Assembly (NCBI GenBank): GCA_002189035.1 | Contig: CM007990.1 | Location: forward strand, 3,596,001-3,660,000 | From: Utricularia gibba | Taxonomy: Eukaryota > Plantae > Magnoliophyta | Direction: 5' to 3' | Length of the DNA: 64,000 nucleotides | Shown: piece by piece, positions 11,224-24,683 of the stretch | Numbering within the stretch: the stretch's first letter is position 1 | How the letters are laid out: each line of letters begins with the position of its first letter | Notes under the pieces: model-generated | What the model saw: only the letters and a program-made list of their open reading frames with translations | Told to the model about the DNA's origin: nothing | Databases searched by the model: none | Position numbers and translations under genes: made by a program

Positions 11224-14200
11224 CTATGCCTCCGCAGCAGTCATATCCTCCTGAAATTTTGCATGAAAAAGAGAAGTTCAACATCTTACACATCGTGATG
11301 TTATTTACATCATTGAAGATAATTACCAGCTCTTGCTCCAGCTTCTCATATTTCTCCTTCAGTTCCAAGATATGGTGCCTCAGCCCCTGAAAAGAAGAAT
11401 GGGAGCTGTCAGTATGGTGAAGTTCATAGCTGGAATGAAACACCACGGAAGAGTAAGTATCTTGCCTCCCTTCTTTGAAGCTCGATGGATCGAGCTAATG
11501 CCTGCCTTCGAGTAAGAAGTTTCTTGGGCCTAAAAGTAAGAGGGGGCTGATAATTTTTCCCACGATAGAGTATTATAGCGTGGCCCTTAGGAGTTTTGTC
11601 TACAGATACCAAGAGACCACCGCTCTCAGCCTCAAGTGAAATTGCAATGTGCTGGACTTGCGGGAGTGATTTCCATTTCACGATAATCTTCACCACTTCA
11701 CGGAATTTCCAGTGCAGATGTATGTTCTCAATTGTACCATCGAAGATCTCTCGCCTCCCTATGGATGCAGAGACAACAGATATGCGTGCGTGATTTTGTA
11801 TTCTATCAAGATAAGGAAAGAACACGGCATAGAGTATTTACCTAGTAGGAGGTACGGTTTCATGCTCAAGCCAATCCTACGCAGCACCACCCTTTCCTCA
11901 TCAGTTAATATTTCCAGATCTGTAGGTAGCTCTTCTGGCTCTTGATTGCTTAGCACATCCTTCAGTGTCTTCTCAGCCTTCCAGATCTTTTCTTGTGCCT
12001 ACGGAATAAAGAGGGGCATTAGTGCGGGAGTCGATGCACCAGGAAATATTTGGATGACTGTTTTCTTTCATACAAGAGCTAATTTCCTTTTAAGGGAATG
12101 CAGATTTGAGGCACGCCGAGCTACTGCAGAATCCTTCATCATCTTCTCTACTTCAATAGTGTTAGCACTGCTTCCCCAATGTGAGGTAGCAGCCACTGTC
12201 TCAGCCAGTGTTCCTGCAAGAAACGGTTGCTCAGAAGCATAGGTTCTGCAGTCAGCAGGCAGTGCCACTGTATTCCGAGCCTTCTCTTCAGCGTCCTGCT
12301 GGACAGCTGCTGCTTTCTCGGCTTCATTCAGTGCACTTGAAACGTCAGGAGGCAAAAAGTCATTGCCCCTGTAGAAGATAATGAACTCTTTGTTCCTAGA
12401 AAGGAGGGTTCCTCCTGTCAAAATCTGAAAGAAGGGCCAAAAAACACTGTAAACCGGTGAAAACCACCTCCAAATCAGAGGTAGCAAGCATAGAAGAGCG
12501 TACGTAATACACAAGTACCAGATATGTGTTACAAGTGTACCTTGAGTTCTTCTGCCATCCTTTCATTGTGCGTGTTCAAAACACCACGCTTAATAGCTAT
12601 TACTGCTATAGCACTTTTTTCCCACAACTTCACTATTGCTGCAGCAAGACCCTCCAGTCCTCGGTTTCTTCCTGAGATGTTGGATAACAGTTAATAAGCT
12701 TTCATAGATAGTAACAAATGTTCAGAGTTGTGCTCACCAAGTACAAAATGTGGAGGCAATGTTCTTGCCATCCTGCGCAAAAAGGTCATTTCTGAATCTC
12801 GCAGGGTCCGCCTTGTTGCATATGGTAAAAGCCTAAACGGAGTCTTGTATCCCGGGACAATGGATGGGAGCAAGTCAGCATCTACAGGAACTGGTTCACG
12901 CCCTTGCCAGTCTGTGAACCTTGGTCCAAGTCCATCTAATAGGAGGTTAATTTCAGTTAAATCCAACTGCTCTTCTCGGGAGGGTTTGATAGGGTTCCTT
13001 GAGTTATGAAGGCCAGATGGCTCTGTAGCTTCCCTTATGTGGTGAACTGGAATGGTTTTAGATGAATAATCATGCAAAGATCCTGCAGCACCCACATCAC
13101 CTTCAGCTTGTTTTCTGTATGAATTCACGCAATCGAGATTGTAGGTAATGCCTCTGTATAGCACAACTAAACCTCCTGATCTCCATATGATCAGACCTCC
13201 CGTTCTTCTCTGTCATGAATGTAAAGACAACATATGACGACAAAATGGACTTGACTGGGGGAACAGATACAGACTATAGAAGACGTTTCCATAGAGTAGT
13301 AGCATCATTTAAATGGACTTGCCAACAAGATTATGAGCAGCTAAAAATGGGCACTGACCTCCAAAAGTTCGTGTGCTGTCTTCATGTTCTCGGAAAGCGG
13401 CCCTTCAAATTTCAGCTTCACCAACTCCTGATGCTTCCATTTGTTATGAATGGAATCAACCAGTGCCTGCGTCACACCTGCAGCGCCAACATTTATTCTC
13501 TCTACCATCCTCAGAGAAACATTCCTAAGCCTCTTTAGATCTGGCTCAGGTATCAATCTTTCTGCAAATCTTGAGTTCCTATTCCTCGACTTCTCTCCTT
13601 TGATGAGTTGCTCACCCAACCTTCTTTCCCATGGCAGTGGATCGGAATCATTTGCATTATGAGCAGCATAAGATATCTTTTTATCTTCAAAGTCCTCAGC
13701 GATCAATATTTCATCTTTATCCGGCAACCATAGAGACGAAGCTGAATCCAATTTGTCAGTTTTTTCTTTACTGCCCGTCACTTCCTCTAGAGCTTCATAC
13801 TGTTCATCAATATCAACCAACGGATCCTCAAATGACAGTTCCTCATGCACCATGTCAAGATGACGTTGCTCTGGTTGAACATCCAGTTCCACAATTCCAC
13901 AACTACTATGATTCAACGAATTTGTATACTCTCGATTACCATGAGACCAAGGTGCTATAGTTGACCTGCTTATGGCACAAGACTCTGATCCTTCAGCAGC
14001 AGAACTACTCCTTGCACTTTTGGTTTCAACGAAAGCATCAGTTGGGGTTACAGAACTTTGGCTTGGAACAAAATTTGTTTCAGCAGATTGTTGCTGTTGC
14101 CAGGGGAAATTTTCTCTCAGCGAAGGGACTCTGAGAGACCATTTTTTCTGAACTTGCTCAAGAAAACTCGGCTTCAGCTTTCTCTGCTTCTTCACTATAG

Positions 14201-14363
14201 AGCTGTTTTGGCACATTTCCTCAAGCTGCGCAGATTCAGTGGAACAAATAATTTGGACCCTTCGAACTCTTATATCTTTGCAAGAAACGGCTTGAGGATC
14301 ACATTTGAGAAAGGAAAACTGCCGTGAAGTTGTGGAAGCGGAAGACAATAATGCAGACGCCAT
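11224..14363 (-). CDS. CRM-domain RNA splicing factor, CRS1/CFM3 subfamily, chloroplast-type (about 831 aa, three CRM domains)
   Basis: Exons 14363-13359, 13209-12738, 12671-12541, 12424-12074, 11998-11842, 11758-11466, 11386-11327, 11250-11224 join in frame (2496 nt). CRM motifs: [43 protein letters not shown]; [43 protein letters not shown]; [37 protein letters not shown]. Ser/Thr-rich N terminus resembles a transit peptide. The last exon is the least certain. Confidence 0.93.
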
Positions 14364-14997
14364 CAGAGACCGAGAGCGGAAATTCCGCCACCACTACGAA
14401 AGAAGCACGGGTTTCTTTCCTCCCTTTCTATATCTCTGCAAGCGTAGGTAAGGCACGAGCTAAATTCACTCATCCTGAAGAAACCACAAACATCATGCAC
14501 TGATGACACACGAAAGAACTAAAATGGTTGCTGCTTCTTGACCCCAAAAGACTCAACCGATGGAACACATGAGAAACGAAAAAAAACCAAAATCGGACCT
14601 GCAGTCAGCAGTGTTTTTCTAGGTTTTGAAACCCATTAGAATCCCTTTCACACAGAAATAAAGCCTGGGGGAGACAGATAGATGATGCCACCAGTGTAGA
14701 ACAGTAAAACTTTCAACAATTGGTGATTTCAGCTGTCGCCAACGTAAACCAGTTTGTGTCTCTGCTAATTCCCAACCACTAATACTGTCGGCGAAGCGCC
14801 CCAGCATTACGCTACACCATCGATTAAGAGATACTCTTCTCCCAGCACATTGAGGAGACTGATACAGATATACCTCGCACAACTCAGAACGCAGGCTATC
14901 CTCACGGTCACCTTCTGCTCCACATTTCCCCAACTCTAACCAAGACGCGGCACGGCCCGTGATCTGTTGTTTGTACGGGCCAGTGCCGAGAACATTT

Positions 14998-15453
14998 AGC
15001 CCATGGCCCGTCTGCATACAAAATGATACTGTTAATTAATTATAATATTATAATAAATTGGAAGCAAACATTAAAATTATTAATTAAACGGGCCTACGCA
15101 TGTTTCGGCCCTTATCTTAAAGCCCGTACGGGATTCCGTATTTTGCAGAACACGGTCCTGGGCTTCCCCAGGCCCAGCCCATGGTGACCCAGCCGATTCG
15201 TATTGAGCTGTCTCGGAAAGCTGGTCAACGGGCCCACACCACGTATTAAGATTTTTGGGGAATTGAAAAAGTTTTAAAATAAATAAGAAAAATTAGAAAG
15301 ACCGAAGGCACATAATTTCTCATTTGTAGCACACTGCAGTTTTATAAGATCGAACGTGGTGGCCCGCTGGGCTTAACCAGCAGCACACACATATGAATCT
15401 TATATATTGTTGTTGAAGATGGTGAAGGTCTAGGGTCCATAATTTAATGGGCT
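14998..15453. promoter_or_regulatory. Cluster of site II (TGGGCY) motifs upstream of the CRM gene
   Basis: TGGGCY or its reverse complement at about 14998, 15159, 15171, 15176, 15231, 15368 and 15448. Site II elements bind TCP factors and are common in promoters of organelle-biogenesis genes. Function here is inferred. Confidence 0.45.
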
Positions 15454-16670
15454 TACTCTGACTAGTGGACCGGTCCCACCCATACTTACATCTATCTTAA
15501 TCCAGGGATGAAATTGGGTGGATAGATGGTATTATCCAATCCATTCAATTAGATTATTTGAATTGGATTTAAATCACATTAGTTTAATAAATATCTATAA
15601 ATTCAATCCAATTTATTTGATACATTTTTTTATCTATTAATATAAAACAGTATATTTGAGGCATTGATATATAATATTGAATATAAGTTTTTAGATGTAG
15701 TTTAAAAGCATAATATTAGTATATTTGAGTATAGTATAATTGCGTATATACATACTGAATTATAAGATATATAACAAATTATGTATTTGATATACGAGAA
15801 TATAAGTTTTAGGTACAACAATCGAAAAAACTATTTGATATATAAGAATAAAAATAAATATATAATAATTTTTGAATGGGTATAAATTAGAAAACATGTC
15901 TTTGTATAGATAAAAGTAGTCTGCTTTCCCCCTCTTTTCATTTGTGTGTACAATTTAAATATTCAGATTGTCATATGTATGCTAATTAATCAAATATCAA
16001 TTTATAAATAAATTAGAGTATAAATTTGTTATACTGTTAGCCACCCTGTTAGTTTAATGTTATATTTAACTTAATGTGCAAACTTATGTATTTTTCTATT
16101 GATCTATTTTCATGTTTTGCTGTTATTTAATAAAAAATGGGATTGATAGGATATGATGTGCACATAAATAATATCCTGAAGAAAATGGAGGCGACGTCAC
16201 GGCACAGGCTTCAACGTAAAAACTAAAAATTATGAAATGAAAAGCAAACTCAACGCTCCTTAAATGAGGGGCAGTCGGATCTATGCCAGCCCTCCCCTAC
16301 GCAAAATTCTTAAATGCAACGTAATTAACACGTCTTAATCCATAATTAAATCGCTAATCTGTCCTTTTAACCTTTGTATCAACGGTATTAAATTATGATG
16401 CCAAAAAATTGCGACTTAAAAAAAAATATAAATTGAAAAGCATCTATGGCCTCCCCGATCGACTATCCGGTATTGAACCCGAAGGGAGCTTTCATTAGTG
16501 AACCAGAAATTGATATTATATTTTACAATTATGAACAAAAAAATAAAAAATAATTTTATTCAAATTGTGTATTCTTTTGCTGATAATACAATTATGAACA
16601 AAAAATAAAAAAATAATACAAATATGGATATACATCCGGTTTGCAAACCCGCCTCTACAGTTCTTGCGAC

Positions 16671-18334
16671 TTACTCTTTGATCTGGTGGCAGTAGGCGTA
16701 AGCACGTAGCAAGTGCTTGCGAAATCGGGGCAGGTTCAGTCGCACGTTTTGATGGGAAAGATAGATCCTCTTCGTGAACTCCCAGCCTTTGCTGTTAACG
16801 CTTGTGGGATCGACCAGAACGGGGTCGTCCCTGTGGTACTTCCGATACAGAGAGCTCTCCCTGGGGAGGATCTTGTAAGGGATGTACCGCAACCCGAATT
16901 TTCGAGCCGGTTCGCCGTAGTAAGAATCGGCCGCCCAGTCGGTCCCCAGAGGAATCACTTGGATGAAAACCGCGCGACGCTTCATGAAGATCAAGTGAGT
17001 CATAGCAGCTCCATGGACTCCGATCACGACGTCGCTCGAGTTCAGGATGTGGTAGATTTTGGCGAGCTCCATGCTTCTTTTGGGGCTCAGAACCTCGACT
17101 TTGAATCCAATTTCATTAGCCATTTTCACTAAAGCGTCTTGGTTTGTGATGGCCCTCGACCCGTTCCTCGATATTATAACAAGCTTAGGCTTGTTTGGGT
17201 CCTGCTCTGTTTCGAGTTTCTCTTCCTCGATGAGGCTTCTGATACGAGGCGCATAGGCTTGCCCCAAGAGATCATGGAAGTCTAGGATCGTCTTCTGGCT
17301 CTGCATCTGTGTAGGATCGATGGTGAGCTCGCCGTGAATTTTCAGTCCAACGATGGCTTCCGGGAAGCAGTGAGTCCTCTGATCAGCGTAGAAGTCTATG
17401 ACCGGAAAATCAGTGAGCTGAGAGATAACATCGCCGTACTTGGTCATCCACCAATTGTGATACTCGAGTATCACAAACACCACTTTCCTGTTCATCTGCT
17501 GAGACGTGATGTACAGAGGCAAGATCCCGTCATTAAATTCATGGTAAAGGTTGCCCGTATATCCTCCCGTGGAAAAGAAAACGGCCGGAACGTCGTGACG
17601 AACGTCGCAGCGATGTTGGTCGATGTCTGAGTTGGGCTTCACGGTCAGCTTGAGCTCGTTGATTGTTTGCATCAGATCGGTCTCCCATTTTCTTGTGTAC
17701 GGCCGAATCTTTTCACGCCGGAATTCCATTGATTCATCGCCTCCTCTCGAGGCATCAGAAGTGTAGAGAGTTAGGGAGGAAGATGCCGGATCAGTTCTCA
17801 CATCCCCTTTCATCACACAGATATCTGATCTTGCACTTGTTCTATCACAACAAAGAGTCCCTGTGATAAAAATCGAAACTTTGATTGCACCCAGAGACGC
17901 TCATCACGGTAAACTGCACCAAAAAAAAGAACCGGAATCTAACCATTAGGAACGGAGGAGCAAATCCCAGAATTCGAACCAGCTTCAAAGCCAGTGCCAG
18001 GGGGGACAGAGGTTGTTGCTTTCTCAGAGTCTGGATACAACAAACCAGAATCCTAAACCCCAACGTCAAAAGAAACTAAAAGCAGCGAAAAGAAAAGAAG
18101 AAACTCACGAGTTGAGGACAGGCCAGAGGTGAGAAACAAGTACACGGGCACAAATCCCAAAACAAACGACGCCAGAGCAATATAAGCAAGGTGCAGAATC
18201 CTAGCCTTCGCTCTTCTGTTCATATGGGAAACTCTCCGAAAGAAGAAATCAAAAGAGTGAGGACCCGAATCCTCCTCTTCACGAAACACATACTGCGTCT
18301 TTTTCGAGGGGCTGTAGAGAAGTTTTCTGGCCAT
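16671..18334 (-). CDS. Glycosyltransferase family 61 (MUCI21/XAT-like xylan-modifying GT), about 500 aa
   Basis: Exons 18334-18109, 18030-17944, 17860-16671 join in frame via GT-AG introns. TM anchor ILHLAYIALASFVLGFVPVYLF; TLCCDRTSARSDICVMKGDVRT; GGYTGNLYHEFNDGILPLYIT; IGVHGAAMTHLIFM; FIQVIPLGTDWAADSYYGEPA. An alternative upstream ATG is at 18361. Confidence 0.93.
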
Positions 18335-19769
18335 CCACGAAACAGAGAAGAGAAGATGCATGTGTGTTCAGAGGGTCGTCTGGGGGGCGTTGTTTGTTAG
18401 CTGGATGTGTATGTTTTTTGGGTATACCTTTGGATGGATTCCTGAAGCCCGAATTTTTCTGTAAAGCGAATGCTAACGCTGGAACTGGATGGAAATGGGA
18501 CGCGCACTCCTCTTGAATCTTTCGCAAGGCAGTTCCGTGCAAACCCCGCCTTTGACCTAATTAATAAATTCATTTCAATCTAATAAAGATATACAATTAG
18601 CCCCAAGCTACTTTCCATCAGCCAAAGTCGCATTCATGGGTTTGTTTTCAGAAATCATTATCCTGAATAAAAACTTCTCCTCTATTTACCCATAAAAAAT
18701 AAAAAAATAAAAAGGGTTGAAATTTGCATGGGAAAAGCAAGTCAACTTTGTGTTAACAAATGGAACCCTACTAACTAATACATGATGACTATTCCGGAAG
18801 GTTCTGAAAAACCAGAATTAAAAAAAGTGTTGTGGAATTTTGAAAATGCGATTCAGTAAATTATTCCAAATGAGCATTTTCAGAATTAAATAAATTAGTG
18901 CGTGCGTGTGCAGTAAGAAGAAGCAACCCCCGGAACGCGGTCTGGGCATATGATTGGTTGTCTATTTTAGAGGATTGCTCAATTTCCTTTCCCTTTCCAT
19001 CTTTCAATTCTCGTATATTATTTTAATTCTGGTTATTTGTCGCTCTCTGTGGCAGAGAGACTCTCTGATGGACACTCTGCTGCGGTAAAAATACAAACCA
19101 TCTTTATGTAGCTGCGGTGAATCAATATTTTAAAATCAATTTAATTCATAAAAAAAGTTTAATTCAAAATTAGGGATAAATCAAACAAATAAATTAAACG
19201 TTTTTTTAACACACTACGCTAAACAAGTTTGTTACCGTGGCTTCGCTATTGATTTCATTGTTTGATCTATTTTTGAAGTGGTTTAGCTGTTAGTCCTTGA
19301 AAATGCGTGTGGAGGAGGCAACTGGGCTCGACAAGGTGGATGAAGGCAGGCAGGCTCATTCATTATAGGTACCAAGATTTCCCCATAATAATCGCCTGCT
19401 AACAATTTCTTTCTTGCAAGAACCGGGGCAATTCGAAATGTAAAGGGTTTTAGTGATCTGGGTTTACTTTGACCATCCTGTCGTTATATAATGGTGCGTG
19501 ATGCGCACCAAGTGCATGATTCGTTGGCTTTTAGTGATCACAGATGCGTGATTGTGTTATAGGTATTCATGAATATTTTTAGGTTAGTTATTGTATTTGA
19601 TAAATTAATTTTATTTCACATCTGATTATATTAATTTATATAATATAAATGTATATATTTTGAAATAACGCACGCTTAAAATCCGATTATTGAAATCAAC
19701 GAATCTAGCACCTATGCCTCCTGAATCTCGTACCCCTCACCCATTTTGGTGCAACCTGGAGGAACATGT

Positions 19770-22700
19770 TTGCAACGGGCAAGCTGATGTTTGATATGGG
19801 CTGTGGGCTCACATTTTTCCCTGCAGCCCGGAAAGTGATGTGATGTGCCAGGCCGTTGGATCTGGTAGTCATTAAGGATAATCTCAAGTCACAAATTCTT
19901 AATGTGTAGGATGGTGTTGAACTGTTTCTTTGTTTAGGATTAAAATAAAAAATAACTATTGTACAGTTATCATAGATAAGTTCAACAAGTTAGTTACCGG
20001 AAAATAGTAAAATGTACTACGTATATTTTATGATTTGGCAATTTATATCATATGTATTTGATAATAGTTAATTTTACCATAAATTAATTTTATATTATAA
20101 TGTATACCATTTTTTATTAAATGAATATATCAATGCATCCTCAATTTTAAATTAACTAAAATCCCAAACCACAATTTCTTCTTCGTTTGATATTTTCCAT
20201 TACCATCATTTTCTACTTTCATTCAAACAATTTTTCTTGTATCATTTAAAATCTATCGTCTTAAAATTAGACGATTTCTTCAGTAGTTATGTTTTTTTTC
20301 TACTTATTTTTATTTCCTAATTGGTATTATTTATCTTGATAAATATTGTTTTTGTTTTTGAAAATTATGATTTGCCCTCATTTAGAATGATGATGTTTTT
20401 CTTTGTTTCTCTTATTTTTGGATGAGTTTTTCATTATAACTATGTACACTGTTTATGTAAATGAAGTTGCATGCTGTTAAAAATGCATTATTTTTATAGA
20501 TGATTTTTTTTGTTACAATTATATGCAATATGTACTATAAATGCAATTGCATAAATGCTGAAAATTCATTATAACTTTTGTGTTATATAGTAAAAATGTA
20601 AGATTTTTCATAAACATCGTATGTCACAAATATAGTAAAATTTTAAAATTTTTGAAAAAATCCAAATTACAGATCATGGAATATATCAGACATTAGATAA
20701 ATTGATATTGATTATACCTTTTAATAGATTTTATTATTTACCAACTGCTAACAATAGATCACCTCTATAGTATCTACACATCAATTACTCTTTCGATAAT
20801 CTTTTCAAAGCCATAAAATAATAGTGGATTATCTTATATACTACTAGAAAGAATAATCAATTTCCAGATAAATCTCAGAGAAAATAAATGATCAAGAATT
20901 TGGAAAAACGAATTTTTCATATTATTTTATATAGATATTTGATAATACATCTAATCAAATGTTTGTAAATACCTTATCTCATGAAAATTTAAAAGATATA
21001 TATATATATATATATATATATTTAAATGTGATCCATATTAGATCTTTTATTTTAAAATTAATAAATATTAATTTTAAAATAATTCTCTATTAATTTATCT
21101 ATTTTACCAATTATATCTTATATAATTTTATCATTCTATTTTATATCAAAAAATAGCTTCACTATTGTGTGTCTATAGGCTTTTTCAATTAAGATCATAA
21201 TAATAAATTTAATGAACTAACTCTTAATTAATTAAAACCATTATTATCGATTATTATCCCAAGATGTGAAAATAATCAAATAAACTGATTAAGTCTTTCT
21301 ATGCGTAGCTACCATGCAATAAATAACTTTCATCATATTTATATTTCATTTGATACTAGAACATGATTATATGTCTTTCTAATATATCGAAGTTATAATC
21401 ACATTTAAACACTAACATTAAATGACCCACTTAAACCCTTCACATGCCATTAATTTGTGATTATGAGTTACTGTTAGGCTAGATGTAATTACTAAAGATA
21501 ACATCTCATACGTAACATGAGTGATGAATTCTTTATTGATGAATCAACTATCTCTAACCTTAATAAGTTGCATCCCTTTTCATCTGTATTAGAAAAGCTT
21601 TGGTTAGACTCTTATTAGTAATGATAAAAAATACGAGGTTAAGATCAAGATAACTTTGTTGATTTTAAGTCTAACCTTACTTGCATGACTGTAATATTCA
21701 AGATCTTGCTACTAACACTTGGTTAGCTTCTAATAGTATTATCTAAAAAATGAGTCATCTAATGAATCGATTTTTTAATCGACGCCCACATTTTGGTTCT
21801 AGTAATTTCATTATATCAATTATGAGAACCATTGAAAACTCAATATATGCCAGTTTATCTGGATTTATGATATCATTGTTTCACAAATATTTTAACTAGA
21901 GAATTTTTTACCTTGAAAATAAATGCTTGAAGAATATAATTTTATAATTTCATCATAATTTTTAGAACACATAAATCAAGTAGAGGATTTTATCATTGAT
22001 ATAAATTTGATCATTATTTAAAATAAAATATCAAAAGATAAGATTTACCGATAAGTTAATTGTCTCTAGAACATATACACTAACATATAATTCCTAAATT
22101 TTGTACTTCTGTGAATTTTAATAGCTCTTATATTTTGTAGTTTGTTATATGAAAGTACTTAACGATTCTGACTTCTATCACTAATATATAGGTTTACTAG
22201 GCTGAGTTTCTCTATGGATTATTACAGATTGATGATTAGATGATATATGTTTGACATTTTAATATACCATTTATTATTGGATAATAAGAAAGTGTTATAT
22301 ATAGTAAGGTTGAAGCCCATGATAATGAATCACAAACGAATATGTCAACTATACACAATACTGAATTTATGGCTAACTAATGCTTTGATAATATCTTTGG
22401 TGCATTTGATGATTTAGTTGATTGCGTAATAAGTTTTGAGAATGGCAAACATCTTCTAGAATTATGTAGTTCCATATGACAAATGATCATGAGACATATA
22501 TTAATTATAGTGAATTTGCAATTATGGTTAACACACTTTGTTTCTTGAGTTTGAGAATGATGTTGATGATTTTACGCTCACTATTAATGACAAGAAACCA
22601 ACATCTTTCAATGAGGATGTCGGTATAAATATCGTCAAACTAAAAAGAGAAGCATCAAAGAAAAAAAGATAAGTGTGCAGCTAGTGAGAATCCTAATCAT

Positions 22701-22795
22701 ACATAGGAATGAAGTGTTGATCAAAAGAAGAGACAAAAGAAATGGTAAAGGCTCATTATTTTAGATGAAGAATATCTATTTCCTTTTATAAGAGT
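19770..22795 (+). mobile_element. Degenerate MuDR-family element, copy 1 (continues at 28773-28930 after the Copia insertion)
   Basis: 19780-20350 aligns with 59412-59980; 22230-22790 aligns with 61290-61810; 28780-28920 aligns with 61830-61945. Copy 2 retains MuDR transposase motifs. Confidence 0.7.
20880..21420 (-). mobile_element. Copia (Angela-like) LTR fragment
   Basis: Reverse-complement similarity to 48430-48920 (shared TTAATTAACTCTTAATTAA..ATCATTATCGAT..CCAAGATGT..ACCATGCAATAAA). Contains a (TA)n tract at ~20996-21020. Lineage call is tentative. Confidence 0.5.
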
Positions 22796-24683
22796 TGTTA
22801 CATTAGAGTGAAGATTCAAAGAGAGACAGAAACTTGATTGTGGTGGCAGAGAAGAAAAGCTAAACCACATGGTTTTCATTTAAAACATATAATTATACAC
22901 AACATATATTTGTGTAATTACAAATGTACCCTAACTATTTTCAACACTTTCCCTCAAATGATGCAGATGAAATTTGTGAAGTTTGCTTTTTTTACTCAAA
23001 GCGTGGGCATCGAAGAGACATGGTAAAAGTATCCCTCAACTAATCATCACACTTGACATAATCCCAATGGTTTCCATGTTAAGGCTCTCTGTCTCATTTA
23101 TTGCTTACTGCTCCCACTGAAAATAGAATCTAAATCATTAAAAGGAATCCAGAACCCAAACGCATAATCCGAAATCGGATTCCATCTGGAGTGCCAATCT
23201 CTAACCACAACATTATGGAAAATGAGATTCAGGGCAATGAGAATAGCACTTTTTTTATCACATAAAATCTAAGATTGACTAGTGCTAGCACATAGAAAGT
23301 GTATGAGTCTTTGTAACCAAACAACTTCTGCTACAAATGCTACTAAAGCCCTATACTATGGTTATGTGCTTGATCTCGCAATAGTACGCTGTTTTCAACT
23401 TTTCCAATGTAACAAATTACTACCATAATAAATATTGTATCCACTAAATGATCGTTGGGTAATTGGATCCGCAGCCCAGTCAGAATCACAATTTGCTCGA
23501 ATAGAGGAAAGAGATGAACATCTAGGGTCATCTTTGTGTAATGTCAACCCATCAAAATGAATGCCTCAGATATACCTCAATATTCTCATTAGCTACAGGT
23601 GCCTCGAAGCACGCATAAACTGGCAGTTCAGATTGATAATAAAGTAATGTTAGGATGAGTTAGAGTAAGATACTAAAGCCCACCTGCTAATGCTCGAAAG
23701 GTGGTTAATTTGGCCATAGGCTCACTTGCAGGATCATCATATGAGATCATTTCCGGTATGGCAATATGACTACATTCATGTAAACTAGCCTTCTTTAGTA
23801 AATTGGATGTGTAGTTTGTTTGTCGAATAGTGATAGTGTGAGCAGTCTGATCAATCTTCCTACCCAAAAAGTATTGGAGTGCCCTCATGTCTATAATTTG
23901 AAATCTGGTATGTAAGAGAATTCCCAATCAATATGATATCATTGACTTAAAGCAATAAAATTACCATGTCTCCTTTGTGTTGATAAATGAATAAGGAATC
24001 ATCATCATCTGCCTTAAGAAATCCAAAGCTAATCAAAACATGCTGAAATCTATAGAACCAAGCTCTCGATGTCGACTTTAATACATAAATGGAGCGCTTC
24101 AAACAATAGACATATTTTGATGGATTGCCTCCCTCAAATCCTAACGTTGTTCCATGTAACCTTTAGTGAGTTATCCATTCAAAAAGGCATTCTTGACATC
24201 AAGTTGGAAAAGAGGCCAATCATTGTTAAGAGGAATTTGTAAAATCAACCTAATAGTGATAATTTTCACAACAGGATTGAAAGTTTCATCATAATCGATG
24301 CCATGTTAGGTAAAGCCCCAAGCTAGTATTCGTGCCTTGTAGCGATCTATAGAACTATTAGAATTGTATTAATCTTGAAAATCCATTTGCTCCCAACAAC
24401 ATTTCTATTAGGTGGACAAGGAACAATTTCCCAAGCTCGATTAAGATGCATAGCCTCGATTTCTTCTACTATGACTAAAACCCATCCTGGCTCAATAATA
24501 GCTTTATTAAAAGTTGTTTGTTCCTATGTTGATATAGCTGCCTTAGTAGTTAGAATATACTCGAGTAGAATGAAAACCCATTGAGGTTGATGTAGTCGAG
24601 TAGAATGACGTAGAGTTTCTAGCTCAGCTTCAAGATGCACATTAATGGTGGCATGAAGTTCATGATGGCTCAATGTCATCAGG

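Noticed and set aside
14619-15017. 132-aa ORF upstream of the CRM gene
   Set aside because: No recognisable domain; overlaps the probable promoter, 5' UTR and UTR intron.
16713-17630. Plus-strand ORFs over GT61 (and equivalents at 40899-41415)
   Set aside because: Antisense shadows; they are conserved only because the GT61 coding strand is duplicated.
18053-18108. GT61 splice acceptor at TTTAG (18053) or an unspliced read-through
   Set aside because: Gives a frameshift or an in-frame TAG. The acceptor at 18031 gives a 78-nt intron, keeps the frame and is conserved in copy 2.
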